Source: Calditrichota bacterium
GTDB taxonomy: Bacteria > Zhuqueibacterota > Zhuqueibacteria > Oleimicrobiales > Geothermoviventaceae
NCBI GenBank assembly: GCA_013152765.1
Contig: JAADFT010000534.1
Coordinates: forward strand, 1-28,491
Length of the DNA stretch: 28,491 nt
Reading direction: 5' to 3'
The notes below the pieces were generated by a model, which did no database searches, had not been told where the DNA came from, and saw only the letters and a program-made list of their open reading frames with translations. Of the stretch, positions 26,645 through 28,491 are shown piece after piece. The number at the start of each line of letters is the position of its first letter. Position 1 is the stretch's first letter. Position numbers and translations under genes: made by a program.

Positions 26645-28491
26645 ATGAAAGGGCAAATCAAAACCACGCTGCTGGCGTGGACTGGGCTCCTGCTGCTGTT
26701 CTACGCCACAACAGGACGAGCCCAGCAGTGGGTCTCGCCGGGGCCCCTTCACAAAGTCCACGCCAAGTACGAAGGCATCACCCACTGTACTCTTTGCCAC
26801 GAGCTCGGCAAACGCGTGACAAACCAGAAGTGTTTGCAGTGCCACGACCGGATCGCGTTGAATATCCAGCAAAACATTGGGTACCACGCGAAAAACGCCG
26901 ACAAACCGTGCACGGAGTGCCACATCGAACACAAAGGGCGTGACTACCCCATCATCGAGCTGGACCGCCAGACCTTCGACCACGCGGAAACCGGCTTCAA
27001 ACTGGAAGGTAAACACAAAGAGCTCGAGTGCGAGGCTTGTCACACCAATCCCCGCAGTTTTCTCGGGCTGAGTCAGCAGTGCGTTCGTTGCCACGACGAT
27101 TTCCACGAAGGAACGCTCGGCCTGAAGTGTCAGGATTGCCACTCGTTCGACAGCTTCCGACCGAGCACGTTCAAACACAAGCCCTCTCAACTACAGGCTC
27201 AAGGAGCGCACAAAGACCTCGCCTGCGAAGCCTGCCACCCGGATCGCGTCTACGCGGGCCTGGACAGCTCATGTGTCGCCTGCCACGAAGATCAGCACAA
27301 GGGCCTTCTCGGCGACCGGTGCGAAAAGTGCCACACCACGGAAGATTTCACCCGAACCCGATTCGACCACAACCGGGACACCAAATTTCACCTGACGCTC
27401 ACCCACGCGACGCTCGACTGTGACGTTTGCCATGCCGGCGACTACGCCGTCGTGCCCGACACCAGTTGCCAGCTCTGCCACGAGGACGAACACAAAGGAC
27501 GTTTCGACGAAAATTGCAACACGTGCCACGAGCCAAACACGTTTGCTTTGACGACATTCACGCACGAGAAGCCTTTCTTCGAACTCCAGGGATTTCACAA
27601 GACACTTGACTGCGAAGCCTGCCACACGCCTGGCGACTTTGCGCCCGTCAGCCAGCGCTGCGAAGACTGCCACGAAGACGAACACAAAAACTGGATGAGC
27701 GTGCAGCGCTGCGACAGCTGCCACACACAGACGGCTTTCCGCCCCAGCACGTTCCGCCACGACTCCACGAAATGGAAACTCGGTGGCAAACACACCGAAC
27801 TGGATTGCCAGGTTTGTCACCTCCCCAACGATTTTCACCAGCAGGGACAGGCGTGCAGCAACTGCCACGAGGACGAACACGGCGGGCAATTGAGCAGCAA
27901 CTGCCAGGAGTGTCACTCATTCAGCGCTTTCAGCCCGAGCACCTTCAAACACAAGAAAGACGACTTCCAGATGCAGGGTAAGCATGCTGAGCTGAAGTGC
28001 GAGAAGTGTCACGCAGACCACCGGTACTCCCTGCTCAAGTCCAACTGTACCAGTTGTCACGAAGACAGCCACCATGGCGACTTAGGGCCGAATTGTCAGG
28101 AGTGCCACAATTTCACCAGCTGGACGGACGTTTTCTACGACCACAACCAGACGAATTTCCCACTGCGCGGCCAGCACCAGCACCTTCGCTGCGAAGAGTG
28201 CCACAAGCAGGGCAAATTCGAGAGCACGCCGACCCGGTGCATGTTCTGCCACCAGGACCCGCACGACAAGACGTTTGGCACGGACTGCGAGTCGTGCCAC
28301 AACGAAGAGGGTTGGGACCTGATCACCTTCGATCACAACACCACTGGTTACGAGCTCCTCGGCCAGCACCAGACGCTGGACTGCGTTGCGTGCCACACAG
28401 AGCTCAAGCCAATTCCCATGCCCAGTTCCTGCTACTCGTGTCACCGGGGTGACTACGAGCACACGACCTCACCCGACCACAAGGCTCTCGG
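26645..28491 (+). CDS. Giant exported multiheme c-type cytochrome built from tandem triheme repeats (3'-truncated by the window end)
   Basis: My translation from ATG 26645 (MKGQIKTTLLAW...) is open for 615 codons to the window end. Signal peptide, SPGPLHKVH, 26 CXXCH. Missing from the ORF track because no stop codon is in the window. Confidence 0.92.
   Translation, partial: MKGQIKTTLLAWTGLLLLFYATTGRAQQWVSPGPLHKVHAKYEGITHCTLCHELGKRVTNQKCLQCHDRIALNIQQNIGYHAKNADKPCTECHIEHKGRDYPIIELDRQTFDHAETGFKLEGKHKELECEACHTNPRSFLGLSQQCVRCHDDFHEGTLGLKCQDCHSFDSFRPSTFKHKPSQLQAQGAHKDLACEACHPDRVYAGLDSSCVACHEDQHKGLLGDRCEKCHTTEDFTRTRFDHNRDTKFHLTLTHATLDCDVCHAGDYAVVPDTSCQLCHEDEHKGRFDENCNTCHEPNTFALTTFTHEKPFFELQGFHKTLDCEACHTPGDFAPVSQRCEDCHEDEHKNWMSVQRCDSCHTQTAFRPSTFRHDSTKWKLGGKHTELDCQVCHLPNDFHQQGQACSNCHEDEHGGQLSSNCQECHSFSAFSPSTFKHKKDDFQMQGKHAELKCEKCHADHRYSLLKSNCTSCHEDSHHGDLGPNCQECHNFTSWTDVFYDHNQTNFPLRGQHQHLRCEECHKQGKFESTPTRCMFCHQDPHDKTFGTDCESCHNEEGWDLITFDHNTTGYELLGQHQTLDCVACHTELKPIPMPSSCYSCHRGDYEHTTSPDHKAL
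26975..28491 (+). repeat. Intragenic tandem repeat, 192-195 bp (64-65 aa), 7 complete units plus 1 partial
   Basis: Units start at 26975, 27170, 27362, 27557, 27752, 27944, 28136 and 28328. Consensus F.H....F.L.G.H..L.CxxCH..CxxCH.D.H.G....CxxCH. Diverged at the DNA level. Confidence 0.9.

Noticed and set aside
26975-28491. The ~193-bp periodicity as a CRISPR array or DNA-level repeat element
   Set aside because: The periodicity is in-frame and conserved at the protein level only; there are no identical DNA repeats or spacers.

Overview
A GC-rich bacterial window, almost certainly from a diderm because it encodes three outer-membrane beta-barrels. It has two parts. (1) 0.2-7.4 kb, + strand: a heterodimeric ABC exporter pair, a secreted GH92 alpha-mannosidase and an aldo-keto reductase. 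(2) 7.6-28.5 kb: a multiheme cytochrome island. I count 70 canonical CXXCH motifs plus 3 CX3-4CH variants in 8 genes. The island has three modules. The - strand module has two OmcE-like tetrahemes, a larger cytochrome starting with an OmcE-like domain, two NHL beta-propellers and a lipoprotein-pentaheme/beta-barrel/11-heme trio; it looks like a cytochrome-nanowire locus with its own conduit. The divergent + strand module has an MtrA/DmsE-type decaheme and a CXXCH-bearing beta-barrel. The barrel frame runs through an in-frame TGA (21073-21075) that is immediately followed by a SECIS-like hairpin, so it is probably one 722-aa selenoprotein, which the ORF track splits in two. The third module has a beta-barrel, a 4x[4Fe-4S] protein, a beta-helix protein and a giant tandem-repeat cytochrome (26 CXXCH before the window ends; absent from the ORF track). 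Family assignments come from motif recognition only; no searches were run. I found no rRNA, tRNA, CRISPR array or mobile element.
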